From positions 1,267,567 through 1,331,566 of the forward strand of contig MU053629.1 in NCBI GenBank assembly GCA_013239625.1: a DNA stretch of 64,000 bases. Direction: 5' to 3'. The notes beneath the pieces were generated by a model. The model was given only the letters and a program-made list of their open reading frames with translations, had not been told where the DNA came from and did no database searches. Source of the stretch: Lama guanicoe. Lineage: Eukaryota. This document shows, one piece after another, positions 51,005 through 63,900 of the stretch (position 1 is the first letter of the stretch; every line of letters begins with the position of its first letter). The position numbers were made by a program, and so were the translations under genes.

Positions 51005-51660
51005 TGAAACCAAGCAGGACCCTGCAGGGCCCTGCTGGGTACAAATGTCCCTCTATGTCCCCCATTTCTTGTTTGTAGAAAAAAGTTTAAGCCTCCTAGG
51101 CCTTCTCTGAGTTCCAAAGAGCAGGCGCAGGCAGTTGCTAATTAGAGAAGAGAGAGAATGCAGGAACAAAGGACAGGCAGTCAAACAAGAAACATAATGA
51201 TAATAGTTCAGCGATAAAACAGAGTCCTGGTTCCCCCTCAGGGTATATACATAACACTCTGATACACATCTTGGAGTTCTTCTGCTGCAGGAACTGAGAC
51301 ACTGCAAGCTCCAACCCAGGTGAGGAATGGTGACTACATGCTGAGCACAAGCATGTAGACCCCAGACTGGTTGGAACCAGAAGGCTGATGATTGAGATTC
51401 CTGGAACATCACCCTGTTATCTCCTCACCACCAAACAATCAGAAGAAAGTCATGTACCCTGCAGCCCTCACCCCAAACATTGCCTTTAAAAACCCTTCCC
51501 TGAAAGCCATCATGGAGTTCAGGTATTCTGAGCATGAGCTGCCCATTCTCCTTGCTTGGCACCTGCAATTAACGCTGTACTTTCCTTCACCGCAACCTGG
51601 TGTTGGTAAACTGACCCTGCTGCGTGAGGAGTGAGCAGACCCACGTTCAGTTCTGTAACA
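51005..51660 (+). mobile_element. ERV1-class solo LTR (656 bp)
   Basis: TG...CA termini (TGAAACCAAGCAGGACC...TTCTGTAACA); 4-bp TSD GCGT/GCAT (one CpG-type change); TATA-like tttaaaaa near 51485. Confidence 0.85.
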
Positions 51661-51725
51661 GCATGACCTGCTTCAGGTGAAATGTGAATGAATTCTCCCC
51701 CTCCTTGAACAAGGCTCAGCAGTCT

Positions 51726-52010
51726 TGTTACCAAACCAAACTTAGGTCCAAGCAAGGCTGGGGTGGGCCAGGGAGGGCCTAGGAGACTAAAGCGTTTCCC
51801 TACAAACAAGAAAGGGGATGGGGCACAGAGGGGCTTTGTACCGAGGAGGGGGAGGTGTGCAGGGTCCTGCTTGGTTTCAATCCCCCCTTTTCTATGATAC
51901 TCTTCAATTCTGAGAGGGAGAGGTGTGGGACAAGGAAGGAAATCAAGTTTTGGCTGGAGATGTTAATCATGAACTCAGCAGGGGAACTCGGTTCCCTGGA
52001 CTCAGTCTCA
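51726..52010 (-). mobile_element. Related ERV LTR, opposite strand, internally deleted
   Basis: ~51777-51879 is the reverse complement of the first ~100 nt of the LTR at 51005; 51726-51750 matches its 3' end; polypurine-tract-like AGAAAAGGGGGGAT at 51880-51893. Right end approximate. Confidence 0.8.
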
Positions 52011-52829
52011 GCGTGATGGGCAGAGAACTAGACTTCTCAATAATGATGAAACTCACATAGTGTCCAATTTCCTCTCATTCCATCTCCTGTCCTAGTTAAA
52101 ATGTCTGTGAATTGGACTCCATTTCTGGAATTAAGTCCCTAACAGAGTTGTTTTCTGGGGAGCTAAGCTTCAGCAGTCTAACCCTAGCCTTGCCTAATGC
52201 CTGACTCTTAACTGCTGAAAGGAATTAAATCTAATTAAATAGAATCAAATCAAACGGAACTGGTAGACTACTAACCAGCCTTGCAAGTAAGGGCTACTGG
52301 CCCTTTAAATGCAGCCCAGATTGAAGCCACGGTGTCTGAGAGGAGGCAAGTGCAGTGCAGGGCCTGTTCTGATGGTCTGGGGAGGTTTCTCTTCGCTCCT
52401 CGCTCTGTGAGTCCGTTGTGGTTTCTCATAGTCACTGCCTGTGGTAAAGGACTGGCTTTGAATCAAGCCAAAAGTGAGAGTCTCTAATGAGAGCCTGGGT
52501 GTGAGCTCAGCCTGGGTGTGAATGAGCGAGAATGAAGGAGGAGGGGTGGGAGGAAGAGAGGGAGGTGGGCTCCCCTAAGATCAGTGAGAAGCATGAGAGC
52601 ATTAAGATGTGAAATGAGCCATCTGACTCATCAGAAATGAGTCCAGACCACTCTGGTTAGACCCCTGTACCAGAAGTAGCTGAGAACAGCCAAACCCAGA
52701 GAAGTGTATACAGGCAACCTCAGGGTGCATCCAGACCCTGCACTGAGGCTAGAAGGGAAGGGAAGGGAAGTGGGGAAGTCAGCCACTGTGCTGGGTTATG
52801 CAGTTGGTTTTCACAATGGATCTGGGACA

Positions 52830-53160
52830 CAGACGTTATTTCCATTTTATAGATGTGGAAACTGAGGCCCAGAAGGGTGAAGCAATGTAATGGAAAGGAC
52901 ATCACCTTGACAGGTAGACAAAACTGGATTCTAGCATCCCGGGCTCCATCCCCTATCTTATTTACTAAAAATAAGAAACAGTTTCTAGCCTCAGGGGCTT
53001 CCAATCTGCTGCTGAGGTCTGAGTGGCAAACATACTCCCGGCACGACTTTGGGTAACTCCTGCCCATCCCTGCCCCTCGAACTGCTCATCTGTGAATGGG
53101 AGATACTGGTGCCCACCTTACAGAGTGGTTGTAGAGATTAAACACAAAATGATGCACAGA
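52830..53160. mobile_element. MIR fragments, one interrupted by an 81-bp insertion at 52958-53038
   Basis: ccattttatagatgtggaaactgaggcccagaaggg core, and ctcatctgtgaatgggagatactggtgcccaccttacagagtggttgtagagattaaa. Confidence 0.75.
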
Positions 53161-54148
53161 AAACAAGACCCAGACACATAGGAGGTAGTTTTTCACTGAG
53201 TGTGACTCCTCTTGCTCCTTGCCCAAAGTCAAGCAGCTGGCAGGCCATCAGGTCACAAACCCAGGTCACTTGTCCCTGTGAAGGCGTGAAGTGGGAACTC
53301 TGCTTTAGGGCAGGACCCCTGTGCCTCCTCGGGTCTCTGTGTGCCTGCCCAGTGAGAATCAGCCCCTGGAAGGGTTCTTCCACACCTGGGGATGAGGTGG
53401 GGGGATCCCCCATTATCCTCCAACCCAGCCTACTTGCCCAGCCCGGTGACCACCCCCTCTGCTAAGCTCACCTTCAGGTGACACACCCTTAGTGTCCAGA
53501 GAAGGGCTAATTCTGTACTAAAGCACTCACAGAAGCCGCAACTCAGACCTCAGCCTACTGACAAGTCTTAGCGCTTGAGCCTCTGTGTTAATATTCACCA
53601 TTTCCCCACCTGCTGGCCCAGATCCCATCACCTTTCACGTGGAGGTACAATGTTTGTGGCCTCCCCCAGGAAGCCTTCCATCACACTGTTAGCTGCAAGT
53701 GACTCTACCTTGTACCGCTTATCTGCTCTTGGCCCTCTTAGAGCATTTGTCACGTCCTGCTCGGCATCTCGGTGGTTTGGGTGTGCCTCGTCCAGGGGAC
53801 TTCCACTCCACTCCCCAGGAAGGAAGGCCCCCTCTCTCCTTTTGCCTTCAATGATTTCTCTCCTGCCTCCTCCCCAACTAGGGAGGCCCTGCTCCTCGGG
53901 GAGAGGTCAGCAGGGGACCTCCAGTTTGCATCTGACTGCCTGAATCAGGTGAGAAAGGATGACAAAACCATTTGGCCTCCACTTGCTCAGATAGGGCTTT
54001 GCCAACAATGGAAGCTGATGCTTTCAGCCCTGGGTCAGGTTCTCAGTTGGTTGAAACCCAGAGAGGAGAGGAGTATGTTTGCCACGCAGACCTCAACAGC
54101 AGATTGGAAGCCGCCTGAGGCTGGAAGTTGTTTATTTTTAGTAAATAA
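52958..54148. repeat. Inverted repeat, ~80-bp arms (52958-53038 and 54070-54148), ~1.03-kb spacer
   Basis: Manual alignment gives 5 substitutions and 2 small indels (~89% identity). Confidence 0.93.
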
Positions 54149-54696
54149 AAAAAAAAATCACGGAATTCTTAATACACAGAAAAATGTAGCCTGTCTATAG
54201 GTGGTGAAGCACAATAATAAACATTATACCTAAGAGCTAATCTGTGGTACGGGAAGGATAAATTGGGAGTTTAGGATCAGCAGATACAAACCACTATGTG
54301 TGAAACAGATAAACAACGTCCTATTTTATAGCACAGGGAACTGTTTCAATATCTTGTAATCAACTATAATGGAAAAGAATTTTTAAAAAGAACTAATCCA
54401 ATCTCCCTCCTCCCACTTAGCCCCCTCGCCCTGCCTTCTAACGAAAGGTAACCAGTAGCCTGTATTTTGAGCCTAACGTTGCCCCCCGTCTTTTTTTTTT
54501 TTTTTCAGTTTTAGTAAATATATATGCACTTCTGAGCTCTCTGTACTTTAATTGTGCTGGTTCCTTCGGATGGGATTCCATATAAATAATATCAAACTGA
54601 ATCTAATCTTTAGTGATGGTAAGATTTACCATTTAAAGGTAACTATACACCCACCCTGAAACTCAGCAATTCCACTCCTAGGGACGTACCCTAGTG

Positions 54697-55181
54697 CCGT
54701 GTTTCTTAGACTTTTTGGTTCAAGACTCTTAGATGCTCTTAAAAACTGCTGGCGATCCCATCCCAAAGAGCTTTTCTTTTTAATGTGGGTTCCATCTGTT
54801 GATATTTACTATATTAGAAATTAAAACAGAAACATTAAAAAACTACTATTAATTTTAAAATAAACTCATGACATATTAACACAATATATGTTATGGGAAA
54901 AATTATATATACTTTAAAATTTAGGGAGCTGAGTGGCACTGTTTACATCTTGTAAGCCTCTTTGTTGTCTGACAGCCTCGCACAGACATGTAATTGGAAA
55001 AGATATTTTAATAGGTTTTTTTTGCTAATTGTGTGCATATCAGACAGCCTCTGGAAAACTCCACTGCATATGCCTGACAGGAGAGTGAAAAGTATTATGA
55101 AAATAGTTGTGACCTCATGGACCCCATAGAAGGGCTTCAGGGTCCCCTGTGGGTCCTTGGATCATACTTGGAGACCTGTTG
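54697..55181. mobile_element. Charlie1-like hAT element
   Basis: ctcttaaaaactgctggcgatccc...aaagagcttttc...atattagaaattaaaac start and atgaaaatagttgtgacctcatggacccc end. Confidence 0.8.
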
Positions 55182-56033
55182 CCTTAGTGAAACTTGCACA
55201 TGCGTGCCAGGAGGGACGTGCTAAGTTGTTTGTTGCAGTGTTGCTTGTAACAGAAAAAACTGGAAATAACTCAGTCATCATCCATCAACAACAGAATGAA
55301 TAAATGAATGACGGTTCATGCACACAACGAGGTATTTTACAGTAGTGAAGATAAAGCCCCTTTTCTGCATCTCTGTACATGGTTAGTCTGTGTATTAACA
55401 GAGTTCTTGCATTTTGATTGGGTAGCTCATCTGATGGGTGTAGACTAGAGTGTTAAATGAGGCCATGCACAAAATAGGTATTTAAGAGATGGGCAAACAG
55501 TGAACATACCCAAAGATTGAGTGGAGAGACACAGCCAGAGTCACCCACCTTCGTGTCGTGACTTATGTTAAATTCTCAGGCTGAAACCTCTATTTTCTGA
55601 AGCGCTTGATTTCAGCCTAATGATTAAAAGCTAACTTCCTGTTTTGAAATGATGTGTGTGTCACAGCAAAATAGTTTTGCAAACAGTGGGACTTAATAAG
55701 CACCAGTACAGAGAATTCAGCAAATTTATAAAGGACCTTCTTCCCTTTAGAAGCTTGAGAGCACAGGGCTGAAAACAAGTACATTTTGTGTTTAAAACTG
55801 AGCCTTCTTGCTGGAATAAAAACATTTCAAAGCAAGATCTTCCCACACATCTGATCCCCAGTCAAAAGGGAAGAAGGAACAATTGAGAGCTTTGTAGAGG
55901 CCGAACCGGCCACTGAAATGATGCTCAGCAGCACAAAATCCTAAAGATTGTAAGGAAGTAGACCCAGGGTTCCTATGAATGGAATTGTTTCCCAAAGGGC
56001 TCCCCCCTCCACCTCCACCATCCCATCCCCCGA

Positions 56034-56068
56034 ACACACACACGCACACGTGCGCACACACACACACG
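56034..56068. repeat. (CA/CG)n alternating purine-pyrimidine tract
   Basis: acacacacacgcacacgtgcgcacacacacacacg. Confidence 0.85.
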
Positions 56069-58165
56069 GGTTCTGTACAGTGCACTGTTTCAGATTAGAG
56101 GTGCAATTGGTGGCCTTTCTGTGGCCAGAGACGACTGAAATGAGTAGGTGTCATCAAGGGCAAATGTTTTATCTGTATTTCAGACACAAACTTTCATTAG
56201 CCGTTATTAACACAGCGACACCTCACATATCCAGGGGCCCTTACCCAGCAAACTCACAAGTCTTGAATATAGATTTTCCACATAGGAGCACTTTGATTTT
56301 TTTTCTTTTTTTGAGATCTCAAGTATCTAATTTTTCCCAAAAGATTTTCCCATTTTGTAGTGTCCCTGTATGGCCCACCAGTTGCCTCCCTGGCTTAACT
56401 CTCAAGGAGCAGGCAGCCAGGTAAGGACCCACCAGGCTGGAGACTAGAGATTTCTTCTCAGATGAAACCTGCGCAAGGGAACAAGCTGAAGAGATTGACA
56501 GTTGAAGGTCACATAAATAAACGGTGGGACCTCTGCCTAGTTATCCAGCCTGAAGCCTTTTAATCAATAACTCACTCTCTCTCAGATTTTCCAGTCAGCT
56601 TTTTCATGCTTCACTCTCAAATAAGGATAAATAACCAAAAAATCATATAATTGAGGAAAAAGACTCTAATTTAAAAGATATGCTAAAACAAAATAGTAAA
56701 CTCAGAGAAAATAGAGATGTTCAGAAAAGAGGAGAAAATAAAAAGATGCATTCTATGATTAATCCCCAGGAAGAGAAGATAATATATCCATGAAAGAGGA
56801 ACAAGGTGCTGTGTTTTGTTTTTAAAGAAGCACTTAATTCCAAGAGAGTCCTTGGAATTAAAAATACAGCAGAGATGACAGCTCAGTGAAAGAGTCGGAA
56901 GATGAAACTTAGGAGATCTCCCAACAGTAAACAAACAAAAAATCTCACAACTTTTGGCTGAAATTTGGCATTTCAGATGGACTTGCTTTATCAATAAAAA
57001 TTTATTCAAGAAGGCTTGGTTTAGGAAATCAAATTTTTAGTATTTCCTACTGAGTCTCAGACATGACGGGACTCCACCTTCCCTTTCTTGTGTTTTTGAC
57101 TTCCAGGAGTAAAACTTATTTCAAATGGAGAGATATTTATATGAATGAGTTCATGAAATGAAATCAAATGCTGGTTTCTGGTTAACAAGGAACGTATTAC
57201 TGACTGAGAAATAGACAGATAAGCCAATTAAAAAAAGTCCAGAAATAGGCCCAAGCATATATGTGAATGTAGTACTTAATAAAATTGGCATTTCAAATCA
57301 CAGGAGAAAGAGCCATTCAATAAATGGTAATGAGACAGTTGACTGAACACTGTTTTCCATGTGGGAAGGCCATTTAAATTATATTGCTACCTCACTCTTT
57401 ACTCTAAAATAAGTTCCAGGTGAATAAAAAACTCATTGTAAAACATGAAACCATAAAAGTATGGGGAGAAAATGTAGGTGAATGTGTTTATAATCTTAGG
57501 TAAAGAAAACTGGTCTAAGCACTCCATGAAATACAGAAACTGGAAAGGCAAATACTGATACAGTTGAGTAATAAAATTTTAAAATTTCTGTACAAGAATA
57601 AACATTAAAATGGCAAAAGAAACGAATGAAAATGATTTCAATGTATATGATACATAATTGGCTAATTTCCTTAACGTACAAAGAGTTTTCACAAATCAAT
57701 AATGGAAGAAAAAAAAAACCCCACCCAAATGTATCAATCAAGATCCAGTCAGGAAAAGAGAATCCATGTTAGGTAATTCAAACAGGGAAAAGTAATGCAT
57801 CTGATTACACAAATGCTGGAGGGTCAAAGGGCAACTGGGTAATAGATTCGAAATTAATATCATAGAGAGCTAATATCACTTTATAAAGAGCACCTAGAAC
57901 TCAAAAAGAAAAAGACCAACAACATCACATAAAAATGGGCAAAGTGTATGAAAAGAAAATTCACAGTTAAGAAAATACAAACGGGTTTTAAACACATGAA
58001 AAGATGCTCACTCTCATTCATAAGAAAATAAATAAAAGTTAAAACTAAAATGAGATGATATTTTTCACTTACTATTTTGGAAAGATCAAAAGCCATTAAA
58101 AAGAACAAGTACTGACTTAGAACCATCCAAAATAATTTGAGTGAAAAAAGCAAGTGGCTAGGGTG

Positions 58166-58316
58166 AGGGGGAGAGTGTAGCTCAGTGATAGAGTGTGTGC
58201 TTAGTACGCACAAGGTCCTGGGTTCAATCCCCAGTACCTCCATTAAAGTTAAATAAATAAATGAATGAATAAAAACCCAATCACCTCCTGCCTCTCCTCA
58301 ATAAAAAGAAAAGAAA
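58166..58316 (+). mobile_element. tRNA-Ala-derived SINE (anticodon position AGT)
   Basis: Head and tail; TSD aaaaagca(a/t)gtggc. Confidence 0.92.
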
Positions 58317-58549
58317 AAAAAGCATGTGGCCATATGGTGTGACCATTTGTGCCCAGAAAGGGAGGAAAAGAATATATTTACAACATATATAATATAAAGA
58401 CATATATAATAATATAAACACTCTGTATATATACATACATACACTAATAATCTCTGGATGGATGGAGAAGAAAGAGTGCTAATTACTGTTTTTGTCTTCA
58501 GGAAGGGGACCTGGAGAAAGGGGAACTTACTTTTTACAGAGCACCCTTT

Positions 58550-59120
58550 ATTTCTTTATTTATTTGTATTGTAAAATATACATAACATGAAATTTACCAT
58601 TTAAAATATTTTAAAGTGTACAACCCAGCGACATTTAGTACATTCACAATGTTGTGCAACCATCACCACTACCTAGTTATAGAACATTTTCATCACCCCT
58701 AAAGGAGACCCCATTCTCATTAGCAGTCACCTCCCACATCCCCTTTCTCTCAGATCCTGGCAACCACTAACATGCAAATAAGAAAATCTCTATGTATTTG
58801 CTTCTTCTGAACATTTCATGTAAGTGGAATGACATAATATGTGGCCTTCTGTCTGTCTGCTTTCAGTGAGCATAATGTTTCAAGGTCCATCCAAAGACTA
58901 GCATGTATCACTACTTTATTCCTTTTTTATGGTTGAATAGTATTCCATTGCATGGATATACTACATTTTGTTTATCTATTGTCAATTGATGACATTTGGG
59001 TTGTTTCCACTTCTTGGCTATTATGAATAGTGCTGCTATGAACATTCATGTATAAGTTTTTGTTTGAACACCTGTTTTCAACTTTGGGAATATCAACCAC
59101 AGTGGAATTTCTGGGTTGAT
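58550..59120 (-). mobile_element. Old L1 (L1MB-like) 3' end
   Basis: tacattcacaatgttgtgcaaccatcaccact...gctattatgaatagtgctgctatgaacattc. Confidence 0.88.
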
Positions 59121-59138
59121 GTTAATCATTGAAAACTC

Positions 59139-59289
59139 GGGGGGCGGGGGAGGGGGAAGTATAGCTCAAGTGATAGAGCACATGCTTAGCATGCACCAGT
59201 GCCTGGGTTCAATCCCCAGTACCTCCTCTAAAAATAAGTAAATGATTAAACCTAATTACCACCCCCTCAAAAAAAGAACAAAAGGGAAA
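59139..59289 (+). mobile_element. tRNA-Ala-derived SINE
   Basis: Head and tail; TSD gaaaactc. Confidence 0.9.
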
Positions 59290-59714
59290 GAAAACTCTGT
59301 AATGACTTTTGAATGTCACATGCATATATTACCTAACCAAAACTTGACTGTTGTAATACAAATATCTAAGTAGAGACAAACATATTGTTTTATAATTACA
59401 GTTCAGTAGCCCTGCATAACCAGCACTGGATCAATAAGTGGCCTCACCAGGCCCCAAAGAAACTTGAGGTATAGAAAGTAAAATATAATCCAGTTAAAAA
59501 ATATGACTTAGAACCAGTAGGTCTTCAGGCTATAAATGCTCCGCATCATTAAATGTTCCGGCAGCTGTGCCTTGGTGAGCGTGGGAAGGGCTGTGAGAAT
59601 GTTTTCTAAATCCATTTTTTTTTTAAAAGGTAAAGCGGTAATTAAAGTTGGCTTGGACCCGGTGATTATGTTGGTTTGTTAGTTGCCTGTACTTTCCTTG
59701 GGAGCCCTGGCGGC

Positions 59715-59747
59715 CGCAGCACCACGGATGTCCTCTAGGGGGCGATC
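59715..59747 (+). promoter_or_regulatory. CTCF site with upstream motif
   Basis: CGCAGCACC-N5-TGTCCTCTAGGGGGCGATC matches the TGCAGTTCC-N5-TGGCCACYAGGGGGCGC architecture; local CpG cluster. Confidence 0.65.
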
Positions 59748-60906
59748 CCTGGAGAGACCCGAGTCCCTGGTGTTGCTCCGCCCTGGTGACTGGGGAGTAC
59801 TCAACTAGCAGAGCTTTTACAAAGGTAAAAAGAGGAAACGCTGTGATAAAGAACGCAGGGCTAGAAGGATACCTGGAAAACATACTTCTCAAGCCCTTTA
59901 TTTTTTATTTGTTTTTAAACAAGGAGACTGAGCCCCAGAGTGGTTGCTGATGGTCACACAGACTTTAAACATCAAGTCTAGAAACGTCTGCGATGTTGCA
60001 ATGGAGTGTGGGGAGAGTCGCTTTCCCAGTCTGATAGCACTGACTTTGGATCCCTCCTCCCTCCCTCTCCCCTATTCCATGCTCCACCCAGTTCCCATCT
60101 CTTACTTAAAGGTGAGACCTAGGACCAGTCTTAACTTTTCTGAGCCTGTTTCTCTATCTGTATAATGGGGACAATAACATCTACATAACGTGGGTGAGGG
60201 AAGAAATGATACCATGTATGTATAGGACCTGGCTTATGCTTGGCTCATAGTAGGTTCTCGGTAAATCTTTGTCCTGTGAGCCAACACGTCCCTCCTCTAG
60301 CCCTCTCAGAGACAATGGTTCTACTGCTGGAATAAATTTGTATTGATGGCATTTCAGGCAGCATTCTTATGGCTTTCTCCTATCTAGAAGGCTGACCTGA
60401 GGAAGGGAAGGTAAGGAGAGTTTGGGGTGAAAAGCTCCTTTGTGGAGCCTGAGCAGCCCCAGTTACTGCCCAGCTCTGCTGCCAACGCTTGGAGGCCCTC
60501 AGAGCTCTCAGGTCCAACACTCTCTGCCAGAAAGGTGGGGTCCCTAGTGAGGGCAACAGAGTCACATCCTCCTTGGCCCAGTTCCCGCCTCTTCCCAGCA
60601 CTCCGACAAAAGGCCCAGTTTGGCTGTTTTAAGTAATACTAATCAAAGTAGTTAATAAGAACTGTCGTTTATGCCTGGCTATAAATGATCATGCGTGTCC
60701 TCAGACACATCAAGATAATGTGGTGATCAATTGTATTTGGCTGCATGATGAAATTCTGATCATGATTTCTGTCTTCATAATTCATATGGCACCAAATTTT
60801 TTAAATTAGGTAAAAAGTTGTAATTCTCACAATTTTGGAGGGTGGAGGGAGCAGGGTGGAGATGGAGCTAAAATATATATTTTTCATTATAAAAAATGTT
60901 GCTGGC

Positions 60907-60978
60907 AGGTGGTAGAGTACATGCTTAGTATGTGTGAGGTCCTGGTTTAAATCCCCAGTACCTCCATTAAAAAAAAAA
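60907..60978 (+). mobile_element. Truncated tRNA-Ala-derived SINE
   Basis: gtggtagagtacatgcttagtatgtgtgaggtcctgg...ccccagtacctccattaaaa; TSD aaaaaatg(t/c)tgctg. Confidence 0.85.
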
Positions 60979-63900
60979 ATGCTGCTGTATCCAAAACGGG
61001 GGAAATAGAGAAAAGAAAGTCTCCCATAATTCCATCATTCAACCACTGTTAGGGTTTTTCAGTAGATTTTAAAAACAGTCTTTAAATATACTTTTTTTGG
61101 AGTTGTAATCAGGCTAACATTTCTTACTAGAAAAATTTGACTCCCTCAGTGCCTAACAATGATATTCATTCATTCATCAAACATTTCCTAGGTGCCTGCT
61201 ATGTGCCCGGCACTCGGGTACAAAGATGAATTAGACAGGGTCCTCGCTAGGATATTGTTTCCTTTTCCTGTCACAGCATTTTCAGTTTGTTTATGTATCT
61301 GCTAAATGGTGCTCTTCATTGAGGGGAAGCCCTCAAAAGAAGAGGACACTGATAGATTAAAGGCAGGATGGGAGAGTGTGTCTGGTGAGGACAAGGAACA
61401 GCAAAGAGCCTGATGTGACTACAGAAATAGGAAGTGCTCAGTGAGTACTGGTTGAGTGAATGAATTATCCCAGCATGGACTGCACACACTTCGGTTTAGT
61501 CCTTTGAGTGCCAAAGTAGCTCCCAAATTGCATCTCTCTCTGCCTCCTTTCTTCCAGGTTTTAAAAAATATTATCTGTGCAGATAATATCCTCTTAAAAT
61601 TTCTGACCAGTTGTTCAAGATCTCATTCCTCTCACTGTCTTCCTCTAACCTCGCTGTTCATTTAACTGAGAATCTGTTCATGACTTTTGAGTTTTCCTCT
61701 TCTGAGTCACTTGCATGGGTCTCTGTGTCCTTCTTGGTCTGATTTCCCCAGTGCCTAGAACTAAACCTGGTTTAATTAAGTGAGCAGAGATTTCTTGAAT
61801 GAGTGAATACATTTCCCCTTGTGAGTTTCATATTCCTTTTGACATCCCCCTTACTTTAGGCTTTCCATTGGTCATACCCATGCCAGCTTCATCTACTCAT
61901 GCTTCTTTTTGAACTCCCATGAGTCACTGTCAGTTTTTTACTCAGTCTGTTCCTCTCCCCGGGAGAGGTGCCATGTGCTACCTCCCAGGGTTGCCCCATG
62001 GCATACCACCCTCCTGGGACTTAAAGAGGCCAGAGATTTTTTTTTTAGAGAAGGAAGAAGAGAATGCCTGACTGGCTGCCCACCCGGTACTCAAAAGAGC
62101 AGGCTGATCAAGTCAAAATTTTCATGCCCTGGGCCTTTCCCAACTCCACCCCAAGAGTCTATCAGAGTGTGAATCTACCGTTCACACAAGTTCCCCAGGA
62201 GAACAAGAAGCTACAGGAAGTCAGGCAAGGAGTAAGTTGGGGCTCCAATCTGTGATTAGAACAAGTAAGATTCATACTTTCTAGTCACCTCCAGATTTAT
62301 CAGCCACGTGATAACATCTGCACGGTACCACACCAAAATGTCCTCTTAGGGCTCTCATAGAGAAACGAGACAAGAAACCCTGGACTGGAGATGAGGAGAC
62401 CTGGGTTCTCATCCTGGCTTGGCTTCTTTTTTTAATTCATTTTAATTGTAATTTATTGCTTCAGCCTTATTAAGGCATCATTGACAAAAATATAAGCTAT
62501 TTAAAGCGTACGTTTTGGTGATGTGATGTGCGTACACACTGCAAACTGGCTTGGTCTCTTTAGGTGTCAGTTTCCTCATCTGTAATAGGGTAATTGGATG
62601 ACATGATGTCCAAAAGACATTCAAGTGCCAAGATCCTAGTCCAAGGTCCTGTCTCCAAGGAAAAGTTTGCCACGTGGCATTCAAATCTTCCCACAGTGAC
62701 TACTCTGCAAACGAGGATCACCTCCATCCTCCACTGCACAGCACTGCCCCATCACAGGGAACTCTCTTTTGGACAGGCTGGTGGGGCTGGTGCACAGAAG
62801 GAAGATCAGCTCATCCATGGGAACTCAGCCCTGAGAAGTCTCAGGAGACTGAAATGTATCAAAACGCCCATTTAATACTGTGTACTGAGAACCACAGGGG
62901 CCGCACAGAGGACATTGCTGTTTCCTGCCCCACCCTTCTCTGCCCCACTCTAAACCTTGCCCTCTTCACTTCTTCCCAGAATGGCTGCTCCTGAAAACCC
63001 AGGTTAGCAATTGGTTTGGTATGTGTGAGTGTCTCCATGATGACGGGGCTCCCTGGTCCTATCGAGTCCTGTCCTGCTAGGCCTCCGTTCCCCTCGCCCT
63101 CAGTGCCAGAGACATACTGGCCAAGTTCCTTTGGAAATGCCCTTTTTCCTTGCTCCTCTCTGCCTTTCCTACCTCTGATTATGCAGGCTCACGTTAAAGT
63201 ATGGAGATGGCTTTGGGGAGGCTCTCTAGCAGATGCTAATCTCTCATAAATGAGACTGGAGGAGCTGATTTCCTGGGAAGTGCCTGACTTCATTCGTTGG
63301 GAAGGGTATGGCCCACCTCCTACAGGGCCCAGGGCTGCCAGCTTTTGCCACTCCCCTCTTTCCTCAGGATGCTTTCAGTCTTTGCCATCCTCTCTGACCT
63401 CCTTGCAACCAGGCCCGGGTTGCAAGGTCATTTTCATCTTCCAGTGTGAATATTCTAGTAGCCTTCTCCCCAGATATCCACTCCAGGGGGTTCAAGACAA
63501 GAGTAAAAGCTTCAAAAGTGTGTACCTGATAAAGGTGGTGACTCATATTTATCAGGAACCTACTTTATGAATGGCAAGAGTGGCACGTTCTATGTACATT
63601 CTCTCAGTCATTCTCTACCACTCTATGGGGACCTATCATAGTCCTAGGTACTATTGTAACCTCCAGTTTATAGGTTTTGGACCTAAGAGATTCGGGAAGA
63701 GTAGGCCGCTTGTCCAAGATCACACAATTATTAAGAGGAGGAGGGGCACTCACACTCAGTTCTGTCCATTGCCAAAGCCAAGGCTCTGTCCATCAGGACA
63801 CTGTCTCCAAGGACCAAGCATTTGTTAAGAACCTCCTGGGGCCAGGACTATGCTAAACATCCAGGTGAATGAGGGTGGGTAAGCTCTTGCAGTCCAGGGA

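Noticed and set aside
3484..52521. Short 15-17-bp two-copy tandem duplications (~3484, ~13982, ~52491) as array-like repeats
   Set aside because: Only two units each and no spacers; ordinary slippage, not CRISPR-like.
55577..55620. AGGCTGAAA...TTTCAGCCT hairpin as a pre-miRNA
   Set aside because: Only a 9-bp stem; the inner region does not pair.
60744..60760. C box (ATGATGA) and D box (CTGA) of a snoRNA
   Set aside because: The boxes are only 4 nt apart; no guide region or terminal stem seen.
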